64,000 bases of DNA from Bryobacterales bacterium (GCA_028819215.1 JAPPMG010000077.1:365-64364), one strand, 5' to 3'; positions 19,437 to 29,522 are shown, counted from the stretch's first letter. Numbers and translations: made by a program. The notes: generated from the letters alone by a model not told the origin.

Positions 19437-19909
19437 CTACCCATGCCGACCTAGACCTCTTGGTTCGTTGCCGTTGCGCGGATCAATCACCTCAAGGTCG
19501 TTGAATACCGCGAAATCGCTCGGGTTGTAAGTCATGAGCGAATTCACTCCGTGCCGCAAGAGCGTAGCCGCCAGCAGCGTGGCCGCGATTCGCTTGCGAC
19601 CACGCCTGTGACGTTCCAGCAGCTGCAAGGCCAACTGCAGCGCACGACCATCGAGCGAAAGACAATCAACGTTCGGCCTTCCGAGGTATCTCTTGGCGAG
19701 GGCGAGAGCCGACGCCATACGCACGGGAGGGTTGAAGCGTCGTTGGTCTGTGATGACATGCACAAACTCGTGAAGTACGATCGCTGTCAACGCAATCTGC
19801 CAGTTATCGTCGCCAAGTTTGGACAGCAAGTTTGCCGGAACTGTCTCGTTTCCCGTCAGGACGGGCAAGTGGGATGAACTAGGACATTGGTGTCAAGGCC
19901 ACGGATCAT
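19437..19909 (-). pseudogene. vapC: VapC-like PIN toxin, frameshifted
   Basis: MIRGLDTNVLVH from ATG 19909 is one base out of frame with the PIN body (EFVHVITD...TYNPSDF). Confidence 0.75.
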
Positions 19910-19912
19910 CGG

Positions 19913-20167
19913 TCAGCTCTGCTCTTCGGCGAAGACGCTGCTGAAGGCCTCATCGTAGATCTCACTGCGGTCGGGGAGGGGAGCGACGAGCCGGTGACCA
20001 ACCAGAACTGGGACATCGCAAAGCGGCCCGCGATCATCAAAGTGTTCCCGACGAAACTGCGACATCGCATCGCGAATCAACTGGGCGATGGAACTGCCCC
20101 GCGCTCGCGCTGCGTGCCGAAAACTCTCGTAGTCTGACTCCAATACTGCGACCGATATAGTTTTCAT
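19913..20167 (-). CDS. Ribbon-helix-helix antitoxin (VapB-like)
   Basis: MKTISVAV...SIAQLIRDAM RHH pattern directly upstream of the PIN gene. Confidence 0.75.
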   Translation of the reverse strand: MKTISVAVLESDYESFRHAARARGSSIAQLIRDAMSQFRREHFDDRGPLCDVPVLVGHRLVAPLPDRSEIYDEAFSSVFAEEQS

Positions 20168-20375
20168 ATTGGTGAAGATAGCACTGACAGGGTCAGCACA
20201 GCCGCCCGAGGGTCGCAGTGCAATACCTGCATCAGCGCCTCGGTGCTTCGGGTGCGAATAGGCACGCCTGTCTGCGTCGGCACCCAAGTCAGCCGTTTTG
20301 GGCCAGCGGGCCGTTGAGTGGAGTTCGCACCTCCTTGCCGGAGCAATCACCATAGAATGAAGGCTGCCCGCGCGT

Positions 20376-20462
20376 GCCCGGTTGGCGAAATTGGTAGACG
20401 CAACGGACTTAAAATCCGTTGTCCGCAAGGACGTGTGGGTTCGAATCCCTCACCGGGCACCA
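20376..20462 (+). tRNA. tRNA-Leu (anticodon TAA)
   Basis: Acceptor GCCCGGT/ACCGGGC, D-loop TTGGTA, anticodon arm ACGGA-CTTAAAA-TCCGT, long variable arm, GGTTCGAATCC, encoded CCA. Confidence 0.97.
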
Positions 20463-20683
20463 CTAAGGTCTTTAAGTATTGAACTTGAAGGACTCATTTC
20501 GAATCACGATAAGGTCAAGGGCTAGCGTAAGCGGACTCAGGAGCCCCGAGGTTAACCTTGTTCAGTCGGCCTGTGCGTTGTCATTGAGATTCGAAGCTGC
20601 CGACGACACACGAGCCTGCTGTGTCGACCGAAGCCCGGCCAAAGCCCCGGGGAGCGGGCAGTGGGACGGCTCGCCTGCGCGTT

Positions 20684-21673
20684 TCACTGCGTGATATCGT
20701 CGTCAGCACCTTGGACATCGAGCCGGTTGGAGAGGTCCATCCCTCTGACTCGTGGTCCGAATACCCTGCGGAACCTGCTGGTCATGTCGACCATCCACTT
20801 GAGGTGCTCGTCCCAAAGTTCGCGATCCGACAGGTCAGCATCACGGTAGACGCCAATCGTCTTGTCCCGGTTCTCGGGGTTGGGATTCCACTCGAGTGAA
20901 GTTCCGATCTTGGCCTCAATCTCCCGTTGCTCCTTGAGGAGTCGCTCTAGTACAAGACCGCCACCGTGCCGTCCTCGCAGGTAAACCCGCACTCCAATCT
21001 GTCCGTCATTGGTGTTTGCAGTATTGGAAAGAACCATCCCGGTGCGTCCGAGTGGCACGTCATACCAATGTTGCGGCCGCGGAGTTCGACCAGAGGCGAC
21101 AACGCCGTCGGCCAGCAATGCCTCGCGAAACGCTGTCCACCACGCAAGCTGAACTCTACGTGCGTCACTGAGATCGCCGGACTTCGTTGCTGCGGCCTGA
21201 CGCACGATTTCGGCAGGCCTGCTCACGGCGTTGAAGCGAACGGCCGGTTTGGAACCGTCAATGGACCACAGCTCGATCTGGACGCCGTAGAAGGCCAATT
21301 CATCTGTCGTATGGTCGTTGAGCCAGTCAAGGGCCTTGTGATGCTCATCGGTGAAAAAGGGCGCGACCCAGACGACCGACTTGGCGCCAAGCACCGACGC
21401 ATAGGTGATTGCCTTGCCGAGGTGGTCATGGTCAGTCTTGCTGAGCTGGTTCTCGATGACGACGTAGTCGCCGGTGGAATCACGCGCAAGTATGTCCGCG
21501 GAGTACGGGCCAACTGGCACCTCAACGCGGTCCGTCTCGAGCTCGAGACCTAGCGCATTGCCCAGTGCGGCAATATTGTCCTCGCGAGCGAGCCAGGGTG
21601 TGAAATCGACCGCTTCGTTGGGCCACTGCTTTCGGATATCAACGCTGATAAGTTGACCAAGCGATTCCGCCAC
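20684..21673 (-). CDS. DUF4268-domain protein with N-terminal PD-(D/E)xK-like domain
   Basis: FTPWLA...ADILA...VIENQL..TDHDHLGK; GGAGG RBS before GTG 21673. Confidence 0.8.
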   Translation of the reverse strand: MAESLGQLISVDIRKQWPNEAVDFTPWLAREDNIAALGNALGLELETDRVEVPVGPYSADILARDSTGDYVVIENQLSKTDHDHLGKAITYASVLGAKSVVWVAPFFTDEHHKALDWLNDHTTDELAFYGVQIELWSIDGSKPAVRFNAVSRPAEIVRQAAATKSGDLSDARRVQLAWWTAFREALLADGVVASGRTPRPQHWYDVPLGRTGMVLSNTANTNDGQIGVRVYLRGRHGGGLVLERLLKEQREIEAKIGTSLEWNPNPENRDKTIGVYRDADLSDRELWDEHLKWMVDMTSRFRRVFGPRVRGMDLSNRLDVQGADDDITQ

Positions 21674-21792
21674 TGCAATTCCTCCATGCAAGAACAGGAT
21701 GGCACACTGCCGAGGCCATCCCGGATCTAGGTCGCGTCCATGTCGCGTCCATTGTTTCGATTCCGAGCCTCGACCTGTCGAGGGATCCCATC

Positions 21793-22055
21793 GCCGGAAG
21801 CCAAGCTGGCGGCCATGCTCGCGAATCTGCTCAAACTCCTCCGGGGCGGAGGACTTCTGAATTGCCAAGTGGTCAGGCGAGGGCCGCAGATATTGGCTCA
21901 CCGTCAAGACCTCCACGCAGTGCTCGCGTCGGCCACCTAGGGTGCTGTAGATTGCGGGATCGGTCTCGCCCGCTCCCAGCATGATGGCTGCCTTGGTCGG
22001 AATCGCTGGCCGGGCGAACTAGAGTGCTGCAGCGTGCTGTAGCATCATCAGGAGC
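21793..22055 (-). pseudogene. Decayed duplicate of part of lipA (3' region)
   Basis: Direct repeat of 24112-~24370; encodes QYLRPSPDHLAIQK; right edge approximate. Confidence 0.85.
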
Positions 22056-22138
22056 GGGTCGACCCGTGCTACACTCGCTAGGCCCTTCCGGCGCGGAGTT
22101 CTCAATCTCAGAAGGAGCCTGCCGACCCCCCATCGCTG

Positions 22139-22699
22139 GTGGGCGGCACTGTATCCAATGAGAGACTTCCGGAGAGACTCATTTTGAGACTGAGATTTGT
22201 CCTCTTCGCTGTTTTCGGTGGCCTCATTCTTGGATACGCTATCGCCGCGCCGTACATTACCGTTTATCGAATTCGTACAGCGCTGGAGACGAACGACGCA
22301 GAAGCGCTGTCTCAACATGTTGACTTCCCAGCGATCCGACAGAGTCTGAAGGACGAACTGAATGCGGCGATGACCGAGCAGGCAGTGGAGAACGCGAATC
22401 CCTTCGCCAGTCTCGGTGCATTGCTCGTGGGAGGACTCGCCGACCGAGTCATTGATGCGCTCGTAACGCCCGCCGGATTGCGAAGGCTACTCAGAGACAG
22501 GAACTTGGAATCCGCAATGTCAGGTGTGACCGAGGCCCTTACGGATCCTGACTCCTCGATGCCTGAGGTATCCATGTCGTATGAATCCACTAGCTCTTTC
22601 GCTGTGACCGTAGGGGAGGATGACCAAAGCGACAACCTGCAGCTGATCCTGAAGCGAGACGGCCTCAATTGGAAGCTCTCGGAGATTCGACTACGGTGA
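22139..22699 (+). CDS. DUF2939-family membrane-anchored protein
   Basis: PYITV...HVDFPAIRQSLK...WKLSEI; start uncertain. Confidence 0.75.
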   Translation: MGGTVSNERLPERLILRLRFVLFAVFGGLILGYAIAAPYITVYRIRTALETNDAEALSQHVDFPAIRQSLKDELNAAMTEQAVENANPFASLGALLVGGLADRVIDALVTPAGLRRLLRDRNLESAMSGVTEALTDPDSSMPEVSMSYESTSSFAVTVGEDDQSDNLQLILKRDGLNWKLSEIRLR

Positions 22700-23000
22700 A
22701 TGCACATTTCTTGGCCACCAGGCTCGACAAGAGGGCTGTTTCAAGGATCCCACCGCAGCCCTTGAGGATTGGTAACAGCCTTTAAGCTCGTCAGTCCGCT
22801 GAGCCATGGATCGCAGAGTTGAAAGCGTCTTTGTGTCGGCCTGTAATCTTTCTCCTGTCGCGGTGCGCTTTTCTTAGGCGATGGAGTAGTCGAGGGCAGC
22901 CCGGGTCCGAGCAACCATTCATGTGCAGCGACTGAATCGGCAAAGAGAACACGCATGAACGCCATTTACGGCTGTAGCGCGATAAGAAGAGGTGGCTCGG

Positions 23001-23831
23001 TTAGTGGCGGCCCCAGAATAGCTGTTGCCCGCTCTCGGAGTCATAGGCGTCATCTAGAATTGGGAGGTCGCCGGGGTCTGCTGTCGCTTGAGCGAGTTGC
23101 CTTTGAGTGAGGCCCCTTATTCCAATAAGCCTGGCCCCGGAAAGCCTCACCCGCTCCAAGCATGCATTGGACGGGAACCAGACCTTGTTGAGGTCCGCTC
23201 CACTGAGATCGAGGATGTACTTCCCGGCGCGCTCAAGCTCACGTCCCTCGACGGTCCGCCCCGCCAGCGAAACCATGATGATCTGGATGTCTTCGCGTCG
23301 CGACGGCGGCATCTTGGTGCCGCCGTCGCTCCCATCGCTGGAAAGGGGATCGCCGTAAGCTGGCGGATGACGAAGAAACGCCGCAAACAATCGCATGACC
23401 TGAATATGAAACTCATTGGGGTAGTCCCGCGCTAGCTGATCAAGGGCGTGTATGCCCCCGAGGCGCACAGAGAGAAGGTTGCTGCCGAGCAGCTCGGCCG
23501 CATCTTGGTATCGCCCTTCGAGGTGACTCCGCTGCGCTATCTCAGACTGCCTTTGTGCGGTCTTCAACTGCTGTTCTGTGACGAGGCTACGCCAAATCGT
23601 GAGGACGATTGTGACAAGGGCTGCGGCAACCAGAATGCTGTTCCGGAGCACGATGCTCCGGATCTCCATGCCATCCGCTGTTAGCCAATCCCAAGCGCAG
23701 TACGTGAGGGCAAAGCACAAACCTGCGCCAGCGACCGCCAGCAGCGGAAACAACCAACTACGAGGGGACATCTCTGGCGACGCGATGAATTGGGTCGTTT
23801 CAACGACACTGGGATCATCGGCCCACGCCAC
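23001..23831 (-). CDS. Membrane protein with short pentapeptide-repeat-like C-terminus
   Basis: Two TM segments, RY..A.ELLG...VRLGGIHAL, DLSGADL/LSGARL. Confidence 0.7.
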   Translation of the reverse strand: MAWADDPSVVETTQFIASPEMSPRSWLFPLLAVAGAGLCFALTYCAWDWLTADGMEIRSIVLRNSILVAAALVTIVLTIWRSLVTEQQLKTAQRQSEIAQRSHLEGRYQDAAELLGSNLLSVRLGGIHALDQLARDYPNEFHIQVMRLFAAFLRHPPAYGDPLSSDGSDGGTKMPPSRREDIQIIMVSLAGRTVEGRELERAGKYILDLSGADLNKVWFPSNACLERVRLSGARLIGIRGLTQRQLAQATADPGDLPILDDAYDSESGQQLFWGRH

Positions 23832-23991
23832 ATGCTCCCGATGACCGCAAGCATCATCATAGCTTGCGAGCTGACAGGTCTCTGGAGAGAGCCTCGAAGA
23901 CCTCAGCTTGCAACGAAATCCAGCAAATTCCGTATTATCAGTATTTTGACGATACTCTCTGGGACCCTAAGGACGCCTCAAGAACCCGAAT

Positions 23992-24014
23992 TTCGATTGC
24001 CACACCGGGCACCA
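23992..24014 (+). repeat. Direct repeat of the tRNA-Leu 3' end (attR-like)
   Basis: ttcgattgccacaccgggcacca vs ttcgaatccctcaccgggcacca (20440-20462): 20/23 identical, last 12 exact. Confidence 0.75.
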
Positions 24015-24025
24015 AACGCCAAAGG

Positions 24026-24976
24026 CTAGTCGGCGGAACCTCCCCCAGCCAGCGCGGCCACGCCCCCATCTGCGTGGTAGGAACTACGCACCAGCGCCCC
24101 GGACTCGACATGCCGGAAGCCAAGCTTGCGGCCATGCTCGCGAATCCGCTCAAACTCCTCCGGGGTGTAGTACTTCTGAATCGCCAAGTGGTCAGGCGAG
24201 GGTCGCAGATACTGGCCCACCGTCAAGATCTCCACGCCGTGCTCGCGCAGGTCGCCTAGAATGTCGTAGATCTCGGCATCGGTCTCGCCAAGTCCCAGCA
24301 TGATGCCGGACTTGGTCGGAATCGCCGGCCGTGCCGAGCTGGCGTGCCGCAGCATCGTCAGGGAGCGGCCGTAGTCCGATCCCACCCGTACCGTGCGGTA
24401 CAGGCGCGGCACGGTCTCGATGTTGTGGTTGAGGATGTTCGGCCGGGCATCCAAGACAATGTCCATCGCAGACCGCGAGCCTTGGAAATCCGGCACCAGC
24501 ACCTCCACGGTGCAGTCCGGCAGGCGCGCCCGGATCGCCCGGATCGTCATGGCGAATAGCTCTGCGCCACCATCCGACCTGTCGTCGCGGTTGACACTCG
24601 TGACCACGGCGTGACGCAGCCCCATCTGCGCGATGGCATCCGCCACCCGCCTCGGCTCGTCGTAGTCCACTGTCTCGGGAGGCCCCTTCTGCACGGCGCA
24701 GAAGCCGCAACGCCGCGTGCATACATTGCCCAGGATCATGAACGTCGCGCTGAGGCGATTCCAGCAATCCCCGACATTGGGACAAGCCGCGCTTTCGCAG
24801 ACGGTGTGCAGGCGCAGGTCGCGAACCAAGCCCTTCAGCCGTTGGTAGTTTTGGCCAGTCGCTGCAGGGGCTACGAGCCACCGGGGGCGCTTGCCGGCCG
24901 GGTTCTCGAGCGGCTTGGCATGAGCCGGAACGATCGGCTTCGAGCGCAGGTCCGCAACCGGGATAAAGCCGCTCAT
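24026..24976 (-). CDS. lipA: Lipoyl synthase
   Basis: CESAACPNVGDC (CX4CX5C), CTRRCGFC radical-SAM motif, RSSY. Confidence 0.97.
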   Translation of the reverse strand: MSGFIPVADLRSKPIVPAHAKPLENPAGKRPRWLVAPAATGQNYQRLKGLVRDLRLHTVCESAACPNVGDCWNRLSATFMILGNVCTRRCGFCAVQKGPPETVDYDEPRRVADAIAQMGLRHAVVTSVNRDDRSDGGAELFAMTIRAIRARLPDCTVEVLVPDFQGSRSAMDIVLDARPNILNHNIETVPRLYRTVRVGSDYGRSLTMLRHASSARPAIPTKSGIMLGLGETDAEIYDILGDLREHGVEILTVGQYLRPSPDHLAIQKYYTPEEFERIREHGRKLGFRHVESGALVRSSYHADGGVAALAGGGSAD

Positions 24977-25078
24977 TAGTTCGCCGATCAGCAAGCCTAG
25001 CACCCGTCGCGAGTGCCGACCGACCTCGACCTCATGCTAGCAACGGGCAGCTCGAGGCTGCCCGGGCAGGACAGCTGG

Positions 25079-25726
25079 CTATTCGTCGCTAGCGAAGAAC
25101 TTGTGCACCAGCGCGGCCAGCACTCCGCCCAGCGGGCAAGCCACGAAGTAGATCCACAGTGAGGAAACGGCAGTCGGGGCATCGCTGAACAATGCCGGCC
25201 CCAGCGAGCGCGCCGGGTTCAGCGAAGCTCCCGTCACCGGGCCGCCCACCAAGATGCAAGCCGTTAGCATGACCCCGATCGCGATGGGCGCGAAATCGCC
25301 GGCCTTGCCGCTGACCGCCGCGTGGTAGATCGCATTGACGAGCAAGAACGTCAGGAACAGCTCCAGCACAAACGCCTGGCCGATGCCGACGCCCGCAGCC
25401 GGGACCGTCGCACCCATGGCACCCGCCGAGTCACCCAGAACGTAGAACAGCGTCGCAGCCCCTACGATGCCGCCAATCAGCTGCACGAGGATGTATCCGA
25501 TCGCGTCGCCGAGCTTGATCTGGCCACCCGCGAGCAAGCCGATGGTGACCGCCGGGTTAATGTGCGTTCCCGAATAGCTGCCGTAGGCGAACACAAACGC
25601 CGTCACCACCAAGCCGAAGGCGAGGGCGGCCGCCACGAGACTGCCGCTGATCTGGGCAGCGCCGGCGCCGACGAAGATCAGCGTGAACGTTCCGATGAAC
25701 TCAGAAACAAGTGCTTTGCTTTGCAT
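25079..25726 (-). CDS. Aquaporin (MIP family)
   Basis: Two NPA motifs (HINPAV, SLNPAR), six hydrophobic helices. Confidence 0.93.
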   Translation of the reverse strand: MQSKALVSEFIGTFTLIFVGAGAAQISGSLVAAALAFGLVVTAFVFAYGSYSGTHINPAVTIGLLAGGQIKLGDAIGYILVQLIGGIVGAATLFYVLGDSAGAMGATVPAAGVGIGQAFVLELFLTFLLVNAIYHAAVSGKAGDFAPIAIGVMLTACILVGGPVTGASLNPARSLGPALFSDAPTAVSSLWIYFVACPLGGVLAALVHKFFASDE

Positions 25727-25864
25727 GGATTGAGTACCTCCTGCACCTCCCGCCGCCAGCGGGCGTAGCGACACCGCAGCATTGTATCAGCGGCGCGCCG
25801 CAGAGGCTCGGGTGCCTTCCTTATACTTGGCTCAGATAGCAGCGATTCGTTACGGAGCCCGAAA

Positions 25865-27556
25865 ATGAGGACTGTGCAAGAGCAACGCAGCGACGTTGAG
25901 CAGTATCTCGACTCGGGATACTTGGACCTCGACGGGCTGCTGGACGCACTCGAACTCGTCGTTGAGCCTTCCTCCAGCCTGTTCGGCAAGCCGGGCTTGC
26001 GGCTGCGCAAGTGTCCTGCCGACAGGCGCAAGGTTGCGATCGCGATCAGCGGCGGCGGCGCAGCCGGGGCTTACAGCGCAGGCTTGCTGGAAGTGCTGCT
26101 CGCCCGCATGCGGCAACGCGGCATCGAGCCGGATCTGCTGGTCGGCACGTCCTCCGGCGCACTTAACGGCTACGGCGTCTTCCTTGAGTCGCTGGGCATG
26201 GGCAATGCCCAGTTCGACAGCGAGCCGTCGGTGCGCCAGCCATACGAGAGCTACATCGCTTCGGTTTGGTCGTACATGGCCCGTGACGGCAAGGCATCGC
26301 GCTGGGTCGTCGGCCGCCGCTCTTGGATCGTCAGGTTGGTGTCGCGCGGCGCGCGAAGGGGTTGGAGCCTAGCCGGGCTGATATTGGCGGCCATCGGCGC
26401 CTTGCTGCTGTTCCAGCCGAATCTACTCCTCCCGCTCGCAGCGCTAGTAGCAGAGCCGGGCCCTGACGGCCTCGCGGAAGCCCTGCCGTTCTTGTTCGGG
26501 TACGCCGTCGTCGCGACGGTGTTGCTGAGCGTCGTCCTATGGCTGGTCCTACGCAGGTTCGGCCAGAGCCTGTTCCTCGACCTGCCGCTGCTGGGATTCC
26601 TTGCCAACACCGGGCCCAACGGCGATCTGCGACGCCGTCCTATCCGGCCCAAGGGCCAAGCCGTTGACCAAGCCAAGGTGCTCAGCCGGAATATTGTCCG
26701 CCGCTGGTATGACCGCGGCGAGCACGCACCGGAGTTCATCATCACCGGCACCGACATTTCGGCCGGACGCGAGTGCCTGTTCACTTTGGTTCGCCCAGAG
26801 ACTTATGGCTTGCTGCGGCGCGCAGAGTGGATGGCGGTGCAATTCGATTCCGACTCGGGTGCGGCAAGCGAATATCGCGGGCAGAGCGAGGCACTGTTTA
26901 CCCGCTCGGAACGCCTGCTGCAGGCGCTGGTGGCGTCATCAGCCGTGCCGGGGGCGTTCCCGACCCAACGGATCGGCATCTACGAGGGCGGCTCGAGCTC
27001 TGTGGCCCACCACCACTTCGTCGATGGTGGGGTGATGAACAACAGCCCCGTCCACATCGCCATCGACGCTGGCGCGACGCACGTGATCTCGCTCGAGATC
27101 CTGCCACACGATTCCAGCGACGAGCTGCGTCCCGACCCGCGCGGCCGGGGGCGCTACCTGTTGTTGGAGGCGGCTCTGGCTACCTTGACCACAGTGCTCG
27201 AGCGCGCGATCAAGCAGGACGTGCGCCGGACTGCCTCGTGGAACCGCTTCCTGGTCAGCCGTCCCAAGAGTCTCGATAACGGCCGGACCGAGAGCACGGA
27301 GAACCAGCGGAGCAGGCGCATCGTGCCCTTGTACCGAATCGCGCCTACCGAACCGCTGGTCGGCACCGTTGAATTCGACGGACGGTTCGAGGCGGGCCAA
27401 CGAACGGTAACGCTGCGAGACCTGCTGCGGCGCGGAGTGCTCGACATGCAGGGCCGCAATGTATGGACAGCGACCCTGCGGCACGAGCCGGGATGGCGCG
27501 ACCCGGACTCCGAGGTCGCCGAATCGCTTTACCAAGCCAGCGCCTTGGGCGGCTGA
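25865..27556 (+). CDS. Patatin-like phospholipase with inserted transmembrane segments
   Basis: GGGAAG, GTSSG, ASSAVP, DGG motifs. Confidence 0.85.
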   Translation: MRTVQEQRSDVEQYLDSGYLDLDGLLDALELVVEPSSSLFGKPGLRLRKCPADRRKVAIAISGGGAAGAYSAGLLEVLLARMRQRGIEPDLLVGTSSGALNGYGVFLESLGMGNAQFDSEPSVRQPYESYIASVWSYMARDGKASRWVVGRRSWIVRLVSRGARRGWSLAGLILAAIGALLLFQPNLLLPLAALVAEPGPDGLAEALPFLFGYAVVATVLLSVVLWLVLRRFGQSLFLDLPLLGFLANTGPNGDLRRRPIRPKGQAVDQAKVLSRNIVRRWYDRGEHAPEFIITGTDISAGRECLFTLVRPETYGLLRRAEWMAVQFDSDSGAASEYRGQSEALFTRSERLLQALVASSAVPGAFPTQRIGIYEGGSSSVAHHHFVDGGVMNNSPVHIAIDAGATHVISLEILPHDSSDELRPDPRGRGRYLLLEAALATLTTVLERAIKQDVRRTASWNRFLVSRPKSLDNGRTESTENQRSRRIVPLYRIAPTEPLVGTVEFDGRFEAGQRTVTLRDLLRRGVLDMQGRNVWTATLRHEPGWRDPDSEVAESLYQASALGG

Positions 27557-27643
27557 ACTCCTCGAAGTCTTATTGGCGCTCTAATGTGCAGCTCGTGTCG
27601 CCCTGTGTGGGGCGGTGCTCGCTAGAATTGTGCGGGTACCGCT

Positions 27644-29515
27644 ATGAGCAATTCAGGACACCTCGCCGCCGCCATCCTCGTGATCTTGTCGGCCGCATGC
27701 AGCCAACTTCCCGTCGTGGAGGTGGACTCGCCGATGGAAGCACCTCACTGGGCCTTGCTGGAACGCGAGTTGCTGGAGGCCAATTCGAATGCAGTCGAAG
27801 CGTTCGCAGACCGCTATCTCGATGAGCGGGGCTATCTCTTGCACACGCCGCGCTGGGGCACGCTGGACGGCCCCGATGACGCGATCGAGACCTTCTACAA
27901 CTGGACCCTGCTACACACCTTGGGCGGCTCCGATTCGGTCTTGGAGCTCTACAAGAAAGGGCTTGAGGGGCATCTCAAGCAGTACAACGAGCTACGCACC
28001 GAACTCACCACGCTGGCCAGCAACGGGGCGTATCACCGCGAGTTCATCACGCAGTCGGACTGGTTTCACACCGGAGAAGGGATGCGTGCATTCCTGCTAA
28101 TGGGGCACTCGGCCCCAGACGACGACCTGTTGGTGGAGAGGATGGAGCGCTTCGCCCAGATGTACACAGGCGAGGATGCCTCGGTCGCCAACTACGATCC
28201 AGAGCACAAGATCATCCGCAGCCTGTGGAACGGCAGCCTCGGCCCGATGCTGCGCCGGGCGACGGTCTACGACTGGGTCGGCGATCCGGTGCCGGGCAAG
28301 TTCCACCTGCTGCACAACCCGGCGCGGACGACGCAACTGCTGGACCTGGAGCAGTGGTACCCGCGTATGCTGGCCCACTGCGACGAGTACCTGGACTCGG
28401 TCGGCGACACCTTCCTGAATCTCGCAGCGACCCTGCTCAGCACCAACGCCTACGCGCTCACGGGGAAGGAAAAATACAAGGATTGGACCTTGGAGTACTT
28501 GGACGCTTGGAAGGAGCGCGCGGCCGCGACCGGCGGCATGATTCCCTCCAATATCGGGCTCGACGGTACGCTCGGCGGAGCCCACGACGGCCAGTGGTGG
28601 AAGGGCACCTACGGCTGGAACTTCACCATCTTCGATGGCGAGCTCCAACAGATCGCGCACCGCAACTACTTCACCGCCTCCTCGTTCCAAGGCTTTGCCA
28701 ACGGTCTGCTACTGACCGGAGACCAAAGCTATGTCGACGTGCTGCGCACGCAAATGGACCGCGTGCTAGAGGCCGCCAAGACCGAGGACGGCGAGCGGCT
28801 CCTGCCCACCATGTACGGCGATCCCCGCGGCTATGCCTTCGATGGCGAGCCGGAGTTCTACCGCTACCAGCCCGTGACCTACTCCGACCGGCTGGCAGAG
28901 ATCTACCTGTGGTCGATGCAGCAGGAGGACTTGCAGCGGGTGCCGCAGCAGCAGGAACCGTGGATAGCCTTCTTGCAAGGCAACGATCCCGGCTATCCCG
29001 AACGCGCCATGGGGGCCGATCTCGAACACATCCGTAGACGTCTGGAGCTACAGCGCAACGACGAGACGACCGCGGAGACGAGGCTCGCCGACTACCTTCT
29101 CGGCATCGTGCCGGCGACGACCGACACGCTGTCCGAACTGACCACCGGCGGGTATTTCGCCAACGGCCGGATCTGGGTTCTGCACAGCCGGCTGCGCTAC
29201 TTCGATCCCGACAGACGCCGAGCCGGCCTGCCGCCAGACGTGGCCGCCTTGGTGCATTCGCTAGAGGACGACTCGGTGAGCGTGACGCTAGTCAATCTCA
29301 GCGACACCGAGACACGCGAGGTCGTCGTGCAGGCAGGCGGGTATGCCGAGCACCAATTCACCGCGCTGGAGCGAGAATCGGGCGCGGTTGAACTTGACAC
29401 GAACGCCGTCAGCGTTCGGCTTGCACCCGGCAGCGGCGAGCGGCTGACGCTGGGCATGACGCGCTACGCCAACCAGCCCGACCTAGCGTTTCCCTGGTCT
29501 TGGTCGCGGCGCTGA
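27644..29515 (+). CDS. Conserved-looking hypothetical lipoprotein
   Basis: 623-aa ORF with host-like codon use; lipobox-like SAAC. Confidence 0.7.
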   Translation: MSNSGHLAAAILVILSAACSQLPVVEVDSPMEAPHWALLERELLEANSNAVEAFADRYLDERGYLLHTPRWGTLDGPDDAIETFYNWTLLHTLGGSDSVLELYKKGLEGHLKQYNELRTELTTLASNGAYHREFITQSDWFHTGEGMRAFLLMGHSAPDDDLLVERMERFAQMYTGEDASVANYDPEHKIIRSLWNGSLGPMLRRATVYDWVGDPVPGKFHLLHNPARTTQLLDLEQWYPRMLAHCDEYLDSVGDTFLNLAATLLSTNAYALTGKEKYKDWTLEYLDAWKERAAATGGMIPSNIGLDGTLGGAHDGQWWKGTYGWNFTIFDGELQQIAHRNYFTASSFQGFANGLLLTGDQSYVDVLRTQMDRVLEAAKTEDGERLLPTMYGDPRGYAFDGEPEFYRYQPVTYSDRLAEIYLWSMQQEDLQRVPQQQEPWIAFLQGNDPGYPERAMGADLEHIRRRLELQRNDETTAETRLADYLLGIVPATTDTLSELTTGGYFANGRIWVLHSRLRYFDPDRRRAGLPPDVAALVHSLEDDSVSVTLVNLSDTETREVVVQAGGYAEHQFTALERESGAVELDTNAVSVRLAPGSGERLTLGMTRYANQPDLAFPWSWSRR

Positions 29516-29522
29516 GCGGCAG

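Noticed and set aside
19913..20428. 171-aa version of the antitoxin ORF
   Set aside because: Extension runs antisense through the tRNA; the RHH begins at ATG 20167
20684..21982. Genuine LipA-DUF4268 fusion protein
   Set aside because: LipA part is a mutated internal fragment and DUF4268 has its own RBS and GTG
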